Source: an uncultured bacterium
GTDB taxonomy: Bacteria; Zixibacteria; MSB-5A5; JAABVY01; JAHJOQ01
Length of the DNA stretch: 14,066 bases
Assembly (NCBI GenBank): GCA_965369655.1
Contig: CBDUQR010000057.1
Span: 1 to 14,066, forward strand
Direction of reading: 5' to 3'
Part shown: piece by piece, positions 1 through 6,796 of the stretch
Layout: each line of letters opens with the position of its first letter
How positions within the stretch are numbered: the first letter of the stretch is position 1
Notes under the pieces: generated by a model
Seen by the model: the letters and a program-made list of their open reading frames with translations, nothing else
Told to the model about the DNA's origin: nothing
Database searches by the model: none
Position numbers and translations under genes: made by a program

Positions 1-359
1 GGACGAGCAAGACTCGCACTGGATAATGCCCCAACAGAATGAATCATACCACTAGGATCGAGCCTGTATCTTGCGACATGCGCTGAGACAGTTTCTTGCA
101 GGCGGTTCGCCTTCAATAGGCGCTGGATAGATCTATCTACTTCTGTGCGGCTGATAGCGGGGGCGCCGTCAGGAAAGCAAGTGGCGCCTTGTTGCTCCAT
201 TTCCCGAACAGTGAGTCCCTGATCGCAGTCGCCCACTAGCAGATTCTGCTCAAGTATCTTGTCAATGGCTGTCTCCTTAATAGGTTGCGTATGGGGAGAA
301 AAGCGCATACGAGCTGACAGAAGAACGGACCTTTTTACAGATATATCTTCTATTCCCAT
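1..359 (-). CDS. Hypothetical protein, N-terminal 119 codons only (runs off the left edge); possible winged-helix N-terminus
   Basis: Translated by hand, absent from the ORF track: ATG at 359, GGAGG about 11 nt upstream, no stop to the window edge. MGIEDISVKRSVLLSARMRFSPHTQPIKETAIDKILEQNLLVGDCDQGLTVREMEQQGATCFPDGAPAISRTEVDRSIQRLLKANRLQETVSAHVARYRLDPSG... Confidence 0.75.
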   Translation of the reverse strand, partial: MGIEDISVKRSVLLSARMRFSPHTQPIKETAIDKILEQNLLVGDCDQGLTVREMEQQGATCFPDGAPAISRTEVDRSIQRLLKANRLQETVSAHVARYRLDPSGMIHSVGALSSASLAR

Positions 360-480
360 TCTTGTGAGGCCTCCAATTCAAGAGTCACGAGCATGTTTAA
401 TCGGGCTAAATAAGATAACCTATCGACAATGCAAGAGAAACTTCCCGTGAATGCAAGTAGGGCCCCCCGTGCCAGGCAGA

Positions 481-796
481 TCCTTCGAAGCTCAGGACGT
501 TGCAAGTGGGCGTGAGCTACTATACTGTTTTTGCGTCCGCCGAAGGCGAACGTGTCCCTCAGGATCGGGATCAGCGACCGATGAACTGCCGGTCCCTCGG
601 GGATCGGGATCGGCGACCGAAAAATGGAAGCAATGCCTGGCAACAGCTTACAGAAGATCGTCAGGTCACACCGCCGACTCCGTCGTCGCCAAGACCCGTC
701 GAAACTACTTTATGGGACAACCTCTCCACATCTGCTGATACCAACGCTGGATACGGCATCCCCTTCGATGCTCAGGACTTGCGAGGACGTCTGCCG
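481..796. repeat. Intergenic cluster 1 of short palindromic/REP-like repeat modules
   Basis: Module A (YCCTTCGAnGCTCAGGAC) at 481-498 and 761-778; module B (GTCCCTCRGGATCGGGATCRGCGACCGA) at 554-581 and 592-620; small hairpin GTCCGCC-GAA-GGCGAAC at 535-551. Modules A and B recur at 4641-4827. Confidence 0.85.
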
Positions 797-817
797 CCAA
801 CAATACAATATCAGATA

Positions 818-843
818 TGCAACTTTCACCGTTCTTTCCCGTC
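818..843 (+). promoter_or_regulatory. Putative ECF-sigma promoter (TGCAAC-N16-CGTC)
   Basis: TGCAAC 818-823, 16-nt spacer, CGTC 840-843; fits the ECF -35 AAC / -10 CGTC pattern, about 40 nt before the ATG at 886. Confidence 0.6.
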
Positions 844-885
844 TACTAAGATGAAGCAACTGACCGAAGCATGGAGGAAAGCAAA

Positions 886-1500
886 ATGAGATTTCTTGTT
901 ACTCTCATAATATCTGCCACACTGATGTTCACGTCCGCGTTCGCTTACGACGGCGAGTATGAACACGACAATATCGTCATCAAGAGCGGCAATGTCCACG
1001 GCGACTGGTTTTTCGACGACTGGGCGTCATTCGACATCGATGACGGGTCGATCATCCTTGAATACAGGGATCGCCATCACACGACGGTAGAGATTACGGA
1101 AGACTATCAGCTATTCGTGGATGACGAAATAATCGATCTCAACGACGAACAACAGGAGTTAGTCCGGGAATTCTATGATGGTTCTATGGATGTCATCGAA
1201 CGGGCGATCGACATCGGCTGGAAGGGCGCCGCCATCGGCGCGGAAGGGGCAAAGATTGGAATTGCGGCTGTGGCCGGATTGATCAAGGTCCTGCTGACGA
1301 GCTATGAGATGGAGGATTTCGAGTACGATATCGAGCAACAGGCGGAGGAACTCGAGGAGAAGGCTGAAATTCTGGAAAAGCACGCCGAGGTCATCGAAGA
1401 GATGGCGGATGATCTGGAGGATATCTATCGGCAAATGTGCAGGGATATTCCGGAACTGAAAGACATCGACAGGTCACATTTTGACGATGATGAAATTTAG
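886..1500 (+). CDS. Exported DUF2884/YggN-like protein
   Basis: GGAGG at 873-877 favours ATG 886 over 871. Signal peptide MRFLVTLIISATLMFTSAFA; ITEDYQLFVDDEIIDLNDEQQELVREFY, Gly/Ala-rich GAAIGAEGAKIG helix, acidic coiled coil and terminal IPELK resemble DUF2884. Confidence 0.75.
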   Translation: MRFLVTLIISATLMFTSAFAYDGEYEHDNIVIKSGNVHGDWFFDDWASFDIDDGSIILEYRDRHHTTVEITEDYQLFVDDEIIDLNDEQQELVREFYDGSMDVIERAIDIGWKGAAIGAEGAKIGIAAVAGLIKVLLTSYEMEDFEYDIEQQAEELEEKAEILEKHAEVIEEMADDLEDIYRQMCRDIPELKDIDRSHFDDDEI

Positions 1501-1563
1501 AGAATAATTACAGCCGGGACACAGCCCCACCCCGGCCACTTCAGATACTTGTTAACGGTTCCA

Positions 1564-1591
1564 GAGCCGGCTCAATTCGCTGAGTCGGCTC
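1564..1591. terminator. Stem-loop downstream of the DUF2884-like gene
   Basis: GAGCCGGCTCA-attcgc-TGAGTCGGCTC, 11-bp stem with one G-U pair; weak U tail. Confidence 0.55.
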
Positions 1592-1617
1592 AATCTTTAT
1601 GACCGCAATGTTGGCAC

Positions 1618-1650
1618 AAAAAAAGTGGGATCGAAATAATTCGATCCCAC
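1618..1650 (-). terminator. Rho-independent terminator of the RRM gene
   Basis: Minus strand GTGGGATCGAA-ttat-TTCGATCCCAC followed by T7; perfect 11-bp stem, 50 nt after the stop. Confidence 0.9.
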
Positions 1651-1700
1651 ATCGTCCTCAGTATATCAGAAAAACTTCTGTTACCTGATTAACGAACTCC

Positions 1701-2003
1701 CTACCAGGAGCGTCTTCCGCCACCGCCACCGCCGCCGCGGTTCGAACGATCTGAACGATCTTCACGGGGGCGAGCCTGATTCACTTTCAGGTTGCGGCCG
1801 CCGAATTCAGAGCCGTTCAATCCGTCAATAGCAGACTGGGCTTCTTCATCGCTGGACATCTCAACAAAGCCGAACCCTCTCGACTCACCGCTGAATTTGT
1901 CCTTGATGACGTTGATGCTCACCACTTCGCCGTAACTTCCGAAAGCATCTCGCAGCTCATCATCTGTCACACCGTAAGGCAGGTTACCGACGTAGATATT
2001 CAT
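1701..2003 (-). CDS. RNA recognition motif (RRM) RNA-binding protein with Gly-rich tail
   Basis: RNP2 IYVGNL, RNP1 RGFGFVEM, LKVNQARPRE, C-terminal RGGGGGGGRR; GGAG SD at 2010-2013. Confidence 0.96.
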   Translation of the reverse strand: MNIYVGNLPYGVTDDELRDAFGSYGEVVSINVIKDKFSGESRGFGFVEMSSDEEAQSAIDGLNGSEFGGRNLKVNQARPREDRSDRSNRGGGGGGGRRSW

Positions 2004-2187
2004 ACAGAACTCCAGTTTCGCTCATCCTGCTGCAAGTCATCCAACTTTCGAGATTCAGGCGACAGGACAAACAAGTTAAAACATACGTTACCGCCGATGC
2101 TACCCAACCTTAATTTTGACTGCGATGTTTGTGGAATAATCAAAAACCTGGTCAAATCAATGAGGAAATAACAATCAGCATATGCTA

Positions 2188-2216
2188 TTTATATCGTCAA
2201 ATCGCCCCAATGTCAA
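2188..2216 (-). promoter_or_regulatory. Sigma70-type promoter of the RRM gene
   Basis: Minus strand TTGACA (2216-2211), 17 nt, TATAAA (2193-2188), with an A/T tract upstream; predicts a start near 2181. Confidence 0.75.
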
Positions 2217-2313
2217 CACAAATCTTTCACATTTAATAAAAAAATTGCACCTGCCCAAAAACAGGCAATTCCCCCGTCCGTGCCGCCGGACAGCCCTGTC
2301 GACAATATCCGCC

Positions 2314-3123
2314 TTATTTCACCGCATTGATCGAGAACATCAATGGCAAGCTCTCGGGACGCTTAGGATACCTCCACATGCCGTCGCTGCCCTGCTCAAG
2401 GAACGGATGAGACTGGTATGAACTGAATGGGAACTCATGCACAAACTCGATCCTGAGACCCGCCTCAATCAGCGAGTTCATGGCATCAGAGAGCGAGTGA
2501 GTCCATTCATAGTGGACAGCGCGGACATCAGCGGTCCCGTCCGCATAACTCCCCTCATTCTCGAACCGCATCGGCTCGCCGGAATGAAAATAGGGATAGC
2601 GGACAGTTGGCCTGTCGACTTCGTTCTCATCATCGAATACCCCTGAAAATGGATGGAATTCACGAATATAGAACATTCCGCCCTGTTTCACGAAGTGCGA
2701 CGCGATTTCAGCCCATTTCCTCAGGTCGGGCAGCCACGGCAAAACGCCACCAGAAGTGAATACGACGTCGAATTCGCCTGTCAAGTGTTCCTGCAGATCG
2801 TATATGTCGCAGCAAATGAACTTCGCAGCGATGCCGGACTCTGCTGAGATGGAACGCGCAAGGTCTATCGCGTCAGGGGAGAAATCAACGCCCGTGACTT
2901 CGGCGCCTGCTCTCGCCCAGGAGAGAGTATCGAGTCCGAAGTGGCATTGCAGATGCAGGAGCTTCTTACCCTCGACCTGCCCCACTTCCTGATGTTCGAT
3001 ATCGAGAAGAGTACTCCGACCTGATCTGAACGCCTCGACATCGTAGAACTCAGACCGTTTGTGAATCGGAACGAGGCGATCCCAGAGATCACGGTTGGAG
3101 TCGAGATATTTTTTGTTATCCAT
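2314..3123 (-). CDS. Class I SAM-dependent methyltransferase
   Basis: Motif I variant LLHLQCHFGLDT, VTGVDFS, FDVVFTSGG, LRIEFVHEF. ATG 3123 (MDNKKYL) preferred; the ORF track starts at 3168, so the start is uncertain. Confidence 0.9.
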   Translation of the reverse strand: MDNKKYLDSNRDLWDRLVPIHKRSEFYDVEAFRSGRSTLLDIEHQEVGQVEGKKLLHLQCHFGLDTLSWARAGAEVTGVDFSPDAIDLARSISAESGIAAKFICCDIYDLQEHLTGEFDVVFTSGGVLPWLPDLRKWAEIASHFVKQGGMFYIREFHPFSGVFDDENEVDRPTVRYPYFHSGEPMRFENEGSYADGTADVRAVHYEWTHSLSDAMNSLIEAGLRIEFVHEFPFSSYQSHPFLEQGSDGMWRYPKRPESLPLMFSINAVK

Positions 3124-3308
3124 AATTGTCCATTCAATAACTTGGTTTATTCTCTTTGCTTTCATCAAAAAGCAGGAGAGGTGTCAGACGTGTCAAGTTT
3201 CAAAAAGGTTTCTGCTATTCGCCTTGACATTTTGTGATTGTTCGATTTCTTATAAATTGAAAACTATGCATATCCAAAACCGCAATATTAATAGTATTGA
3301 GAGGTTCT

Positions 3309-4529
3309 ATGCAAAAACATCATATCAAAATATGGTTCCCTCTAATTGTTTTTGCATCACTATTAGTTGCATTTAGTTGCTATAAGAAGGATGTTCCGGT
3401 AGGTTCTGAGATTGATACCACAGGGACAACCTGGTCACAAACCTTCGGCGGCTCTAATTTTGACAGGGGTCTATCCGTTGCACCAACCAGTGACGGTGGG
3501 TATATCATAACAGGATCTACAAAATCATTTGGCGCCGGCAATATGGACGTTTACATGATCAAGACAGACGCCTCGGGAAATGAAACCTGGTCAAGAACCT
3601 TCGGCGGCTCTGGTTATGATTATAGTAATTCCGTTGCACCGGTCAGTGACGGTGGGTATATAATAACAGGACAAACAGAATCATTTGGTGCCGGTTCTAA
3701 TGACGTCTACTTGATCAAGACCGACGTCTCGGGGAATGAAACCTGGTCAAATACCTTCGGCGGAACTGATTGGGATAATGGTTTTTCCGTTGCACCGACC
3801 AGTGACAGCGGATATATCATAACAGGAATTACAAGATCATTTGGCGCTGGTGATTGGGACGTTTACCTGATCAAGACCGACGCCTCGGGAAATGAAACCT
3901 GGTCAAAAACATTCGGCGGCTCTGGTTGGGATTGGGGTTGGTCCGTTGCACCGACCAGTGACGGCGGATATATCATAACAGGAGAAACATACTCATTGGG
4001 CGCTGGTTCTGCTGACGTTTACCTGATCAAGACAGACGCCTCGGGAAATGAAACCTGGTCAAGAACATTCGGCGGCTCTAATTTTGACACGGGTAATTCC
4101 GTTGCACCGACCAATGAAGGCGGATATATCATAACAGGAATGACAAAATCATTTGGCGCTGGTGATTATGACGTTTACCTGATCAAGACCGACGCCTTGG
4201 GGAATGAAACCTGGTCAAAAACCTTCGGCGGCTCTGATTCGGATTATGGCTATTCCGTTGCACCGACCAGTGACGGCGGGTATATCATAACAGGAACTAC
4301 AGAGTCATATGGCGCCGGTTCTTATGACGTTTACCTGATCAAGACCGACGCCTCGGGAAATGAAACCTGGTCAAAAACATTCGGCGGCTCTCTTCTGGAT
4401 TTTGGTAGTTCCGTTGCACCGACCAGTGACGGCGGGTATATCATAACAGGATTCAAGATTTCATTTAGTGCTGGTTCAGGGGACGTTTACCTGATCAAGA
4501 CCGACGCCTCGGGAAATGTGAATGAATAA
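3309..4529 (+). CDS. Lipoprotein with seven 52-aa tandem repeats, probable 7-bladed beta-propeller
   Basis: GAGAGG SD then ATG 3309; signal peptide with lipobox-like LVAFS-C; repeat consensus TWSxTFGGSxxDxGxSVAPTSDGGYIITGxTxSFGAGxxDVYLIKTDASGNE. Confidence 0.88.
   Translation: MQKHHIKIWFPLIVFASLLVAFSCYKKDVPVGSEIDTTGTTWSQTFGGSNFDRGLSVAPTSDGGYIITGSTKSFGAGNMDVYMIKTDASGNETWSRTFGGSGYDYSNSVAPVSDGGYIITGQTESFGAGSNDVYLIKTDVSGNETWSNTFGGTDWDNGFSVAPTSDSGYIITGITRSFGAGDWDVYLIKTDASGNETWSKTFGGSGWDWGWSVAPTSDGGYIITGETYSLGAGSADVYLIKTDASGNETWSRTFGGSNFDTGNSVAPTNEGGYIITGMTKSFGAGDYDVYLIKTDALGNETWSKTFGGSDSDYGYSVAPTSDGGYIITGTTESYGAGSYDVYLIKTDASGNETWSKTFGGSLLDFGSSVAPTSDGGYIITGFKISFSAGSGDVYLIKTDASGNVNE
3429..4520 (+). 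repeat. Seven intragenic 156-bp direct repeats
   Basis: ACCTGGTCA starts at 3429, 3585, 3741, 3897, 4053, 4209 and 4365: exact 156-nt period, no indels. Confidence 0.97.
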
Positions 4530-4571
4530 TCAACCGAACCGTAAGTCTTTGCGTCCGTTCCGGCAGTCTTG

Positions 4572-4768
4572 GTAGGTCGAAACCTTTACGGTTTCGACAA
4601 TTCTCGTATAGTGCGAAAAGGAAAAAAGATTGTCACGCCTCCCTTCGACAGACTCAGGACTGTGCAAGCAGGCGTGACCTACAAGACTATTCTCCAGTAG
4701 GTCGGTGTTCCGCAGCAGGTGGAGCCTTCAAGTCCCTCGGGATCGGGATCAGCGACCGAAACCCCGAC
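4572..4768. repeat. Three GTAG-type REP-like hairpins
   Basis: GTAG-GTCGAAACC-tttac-GGTTTCGAC (4572-4598, +); GTAG-GTCACGCCT...AGGCGTGAC (4682-4632, -); GTAG-GTCGGTGTT...AACCCCGAC (4697-4768, +, one mismatch). Confidence 0.8.
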
Positions 4769-4785
4769 TCTCTGATAACTGTCCC

Positions 4786-4905
4786 GTCATTGCGAGCGAC
4801 CGACGACAAGTCCTGAGCCTCGAAGGGAGGGAGTGTGGCAATCTTAAGTCAGGCCTCGTATCACGAGAACTGAGATCACCACGTCGCTACACTCCTCGTG
4901 ATGAC
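4786..4905. repeat. Bipartite palindromic element GTCATTGCGAG...GTGGCAATCT / AGATCACCAC...CTCGTGATGAC
   Basis: Imperfect inverted halves 4786-4844 and 4873-4905, central hairpin CTCGT-atc-ACGAG, and module A in reverse at 4810-4827. Confidence 0.8.
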
Positions 4906-4986
4906 AACAGCAGAAACGCGCGCTTAAATGATTTCTTCAACATGTCTTTCGTTATAATGACAGAAACTGTGATGGGATCATTTAGC

Positions 4987-6396
4987 CTATATATTGTAGC
5001 GTTTACGGTCGAGTTCAAACTGGGAATCACATCCGATCAGGTCGCGGCACAGTGAAGAGGCAATATCATCGATTACGTCCGAGCCCTTCTTGACGAGACA
5101 GTGGCAGGCAGCGGAATACAACTCGCTCGAAGGCACGAGACAGATGTCATGCTTCCTTGCGTCGTCAAGGCATTCCATGTCAAACCATATCTCTCGCTCA
5201 GTTGGGGCATTCAGGCGCCACGCATTCCCGATCAGGATGCCTTTGGGCTTCACATGAAAGCTGCTCAATTCTATCCGTTCAACAAGCTCGGATATCTCAT
5301 GTGCGCGAATCGGACCCTGGTCACATGCTGCGGTCTTCACTATCGCCCTGCGAATCCTGTCGCCATTGAAGACAACTTCAAACATCCCCCCGCTCTTCCC
5401 TGGCATTGCCTCCAGTATCTCAAAACCGAGCACACCGAGAGCGACTCTGGATGCCTCGGCCAGATCGAGACCTGTCTCCACAAGCAGGTCGACCAACCGC
5501 ATCGTTTCTTCAACCTTCTCCAGAAGGAGTATTCTCTCGTTTTCGAGAGATGAAATTTGCCTGTCGAGTCTTTCGAGTTCCGCCCTGAAGGGATTTATCG
5601 CATCGAGATCAGACTCGAGGCTTTCGACCCAGGCAGGCCTGACAACTCCAAATGTCTTATTGAAGAGAATTGACTTGAAAGCGTCGACCAGTCTTTTCTC
5701 CTCGTCTCGCACGAGGAACTGTGGGACCAGGAATATTCTGCCGGGCATCGAATCGAAGCTGACTCCCGACACTACAGGATGTTTCGGAGTCGTCGCAGTC
5801 TGAGCGATGACATCAACCCTGCCACCCGGAATCGAGTCCAGAGTCTGTAGACAGTTGATAGGGTATCGTCCGAAAATGCGAGCGAACTGACCGCGCCGAT
5901 CCAGGAATTCGAGAGTGTTCTTGCTGCAATACTCGAACGAGTAATTCCCCAGGAACTCCTGCAACCAGAAGAAGGGCGATACGATCGATTCCGTGTACGA
6001 CTGAGTACCAATGCTGCTCTTCTTGCGGATTTTGAACTGCACATTCGGTATCTGAGCGCGAATCACGAAAATCCCGCCGTTTTCGAGGAGTCTCTGGATG
6101 CCCGCAGTCGCAGCTTTTATCCCGGCGAGGTATCGACGGAAATTGGCTTCGGTGCAGCCGACATATGAGGCGAGTGAAATATCGCTCGTTTCCGGCCTGA
6201 ACCCATGGTCAGCAGCAAAACCGAGCGGATCGAAAAATACGATCCGGTACGACTCGAAATCGATACCACCCCTCAGATCGGACGTCTCGAACGGGTTGCT
6301 CGCATTGTGCCAGTTGAGGAACAGAACCTTACATGTCGAATCGTACTTGATCGACTCCGGTTTTGTTCGAGGAACTGTGAACGGTCGCAATTCCAA
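4987..6396 (-). CDS. Hypothetical protein: N-terminal alpha/beta domain, coiled coil, C-terminal restriction-endonuclease-like fold (probably degenerate)
   Basis: 469-aa ORF; GGAGG upstream, start TTG at 6396 or 6390. Coiled coil RAELERLDRQISSLENERILLLEKVEE; C-terminal LLVETG..ASRVALGVLGFEI..KGILIGNAWRL..ARKHDICLVPSSELY. The CDS is well supported, the fold call is inference. Confidence 0.7.
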   Translation of the reverse strand: MELRPFTVPRTKPESIKYDSTCKVLFLNWHNASNPFETSDLRGGIDFESYRIVFFDPLGFAADHGFRPETSDISLASYVGCTEANFRRYLAGIKAATAGIQRLLENGGIFVIRAQIPNVQFKIRKKSSIGTQSYTESIVSPFFWLQEFLGNYSFEYCSKNTLEFLDRRGQFARIFGRYPINCLQTLDSIPGGRVDVIAQTATTPKHPVVSGVSFDSMPGRIFLVPQFLVRDEEKRLVDAFKSILFNKTFGVVRPAWVESLESDLDAINPFRAELERLDRQISSLENERILLLEKVEETMRLVDLLVETGLDLAEASRVALGVLGFEILEAMPGKSGGMFEVVFNGDRIRRAIVKTAACDQGPIRAHEISELVERIELSSFHVKPKGILIGNAWRLNAPTEREIWFDMECLDDARKHDICLVPSSELYSAACHCLVKKGSDVIDDIASSLCRDLIGCDSQFELDRKRYNI

Positions 6397-6554
6397 TTGC
6401 CTCCGGTGATGGAGAGATGTTGTCAGTCATATATCTTATCGGAAGCACTGACGGTCGAATGAGCACAAAAAAGCGTCCTTCACAATACATGGCGCACAGA
6501 AAACATCCATCAATGAACGAAAACCTCTCGGGATCGACCAGGAGCAATTCAAAA

Positions 6555-6628
6555 TCGGGGTGAGAGGATTTGAACCTCCGACATCTTGCTCCCAAAGCAA
6601 GCGCGCTGCCAGACTGCGCCACACCCCG
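6555..6628 (-). tRNA. tRNA-Pro (anticodon UGG), CCA not encoded
   Basis: Acceptor stem CGGGGTG/CACCCCG plus discriminator A; anticodon arm CTTGC-TTTGGGA-GCAAG; T arm GGAGG-TTCAAAT-CCTCT; followed by TTT. Confidence 0.97.
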
Positions 6629-6640
6629 ATCGGGAAAAAC

Positions 6641-6668
6641 AAAATACTCCCATATCGGTCGATGTCAA
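6641..6668 (-). promoter_or_regulatory. Sigma70-type promoter of tRNA-Pro
   Basis: Minus strand TTGACA (6668-6663), 16 nt, TATTTT (6646-6641), 12 nt before the mature 5' end. Confidence 0.6.
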
Positions 6669-6796
6669 GAATCATGTTGAGCAGGATGTTAAACGGATTC
6701 GTGCAGCCTTTGTTCCAATACAGCGCCAGCATTCCATCTGCTTTCACGATCCGTGCAATCACATCATAGCTTCACCCATACAGGCGCGACAGTATC

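Noticed and set aside
554-620. Mini CRISPR array from the 28-bp direct repeats
   Set aside because: Only two adjacent copies with a 10-nt spacer and no cas genes.
259-889. ORF-track ORFs 259-450, 350-643, 451-738, 500-889, 624-854
   Set aside because: They are antisense to the 1-359 gene or translate repeat modules (VPxDRDQRP); no recognisable protein features.
1564-1591. Group II intron domain V (starts GAGCCG)
   Set aside because: Simple hairpin lacking the DV bulge, GNRA loop and domain VI.
3191-3258. Back-to-back TTGACA hexamers (3196-3191 minus, 3224-3229 plus) as divergent sigma70 promoters
   Set aside because: Neither has a good -10 at 16-18 nt (TATAAA is 21 nt away), so the promoters cannot be placed confidently.
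3429-4520. Diversity-generating retroelement target (position-10 codons all end in T, as from an AAT template)
   Set aside because: No reverse transcriptase or template repeat in the window, other variable codons differ at all three positions, and many scaffold adenines (GGAAATGAA, ATCAAG) are invariant.
4527-4600. Integron attC site after the propeller gene
   Set aside because: No proper RYYYAAC/GTTRRRY pair and no integrase; the hairpin is better explained as a GTAG REP.
4705-5055. 116-aa plus-strand ORF
   Set aside because: Read-through of the palindromic repeat cluster, and it overlaps the end of the convergent gene.
6555-6580. Genomic island integrated at tRNA-Pro
   Set aside because: No duplicate of the tRNA 3' end and no integrase in the window; cannot be excluded beyond the left edge.
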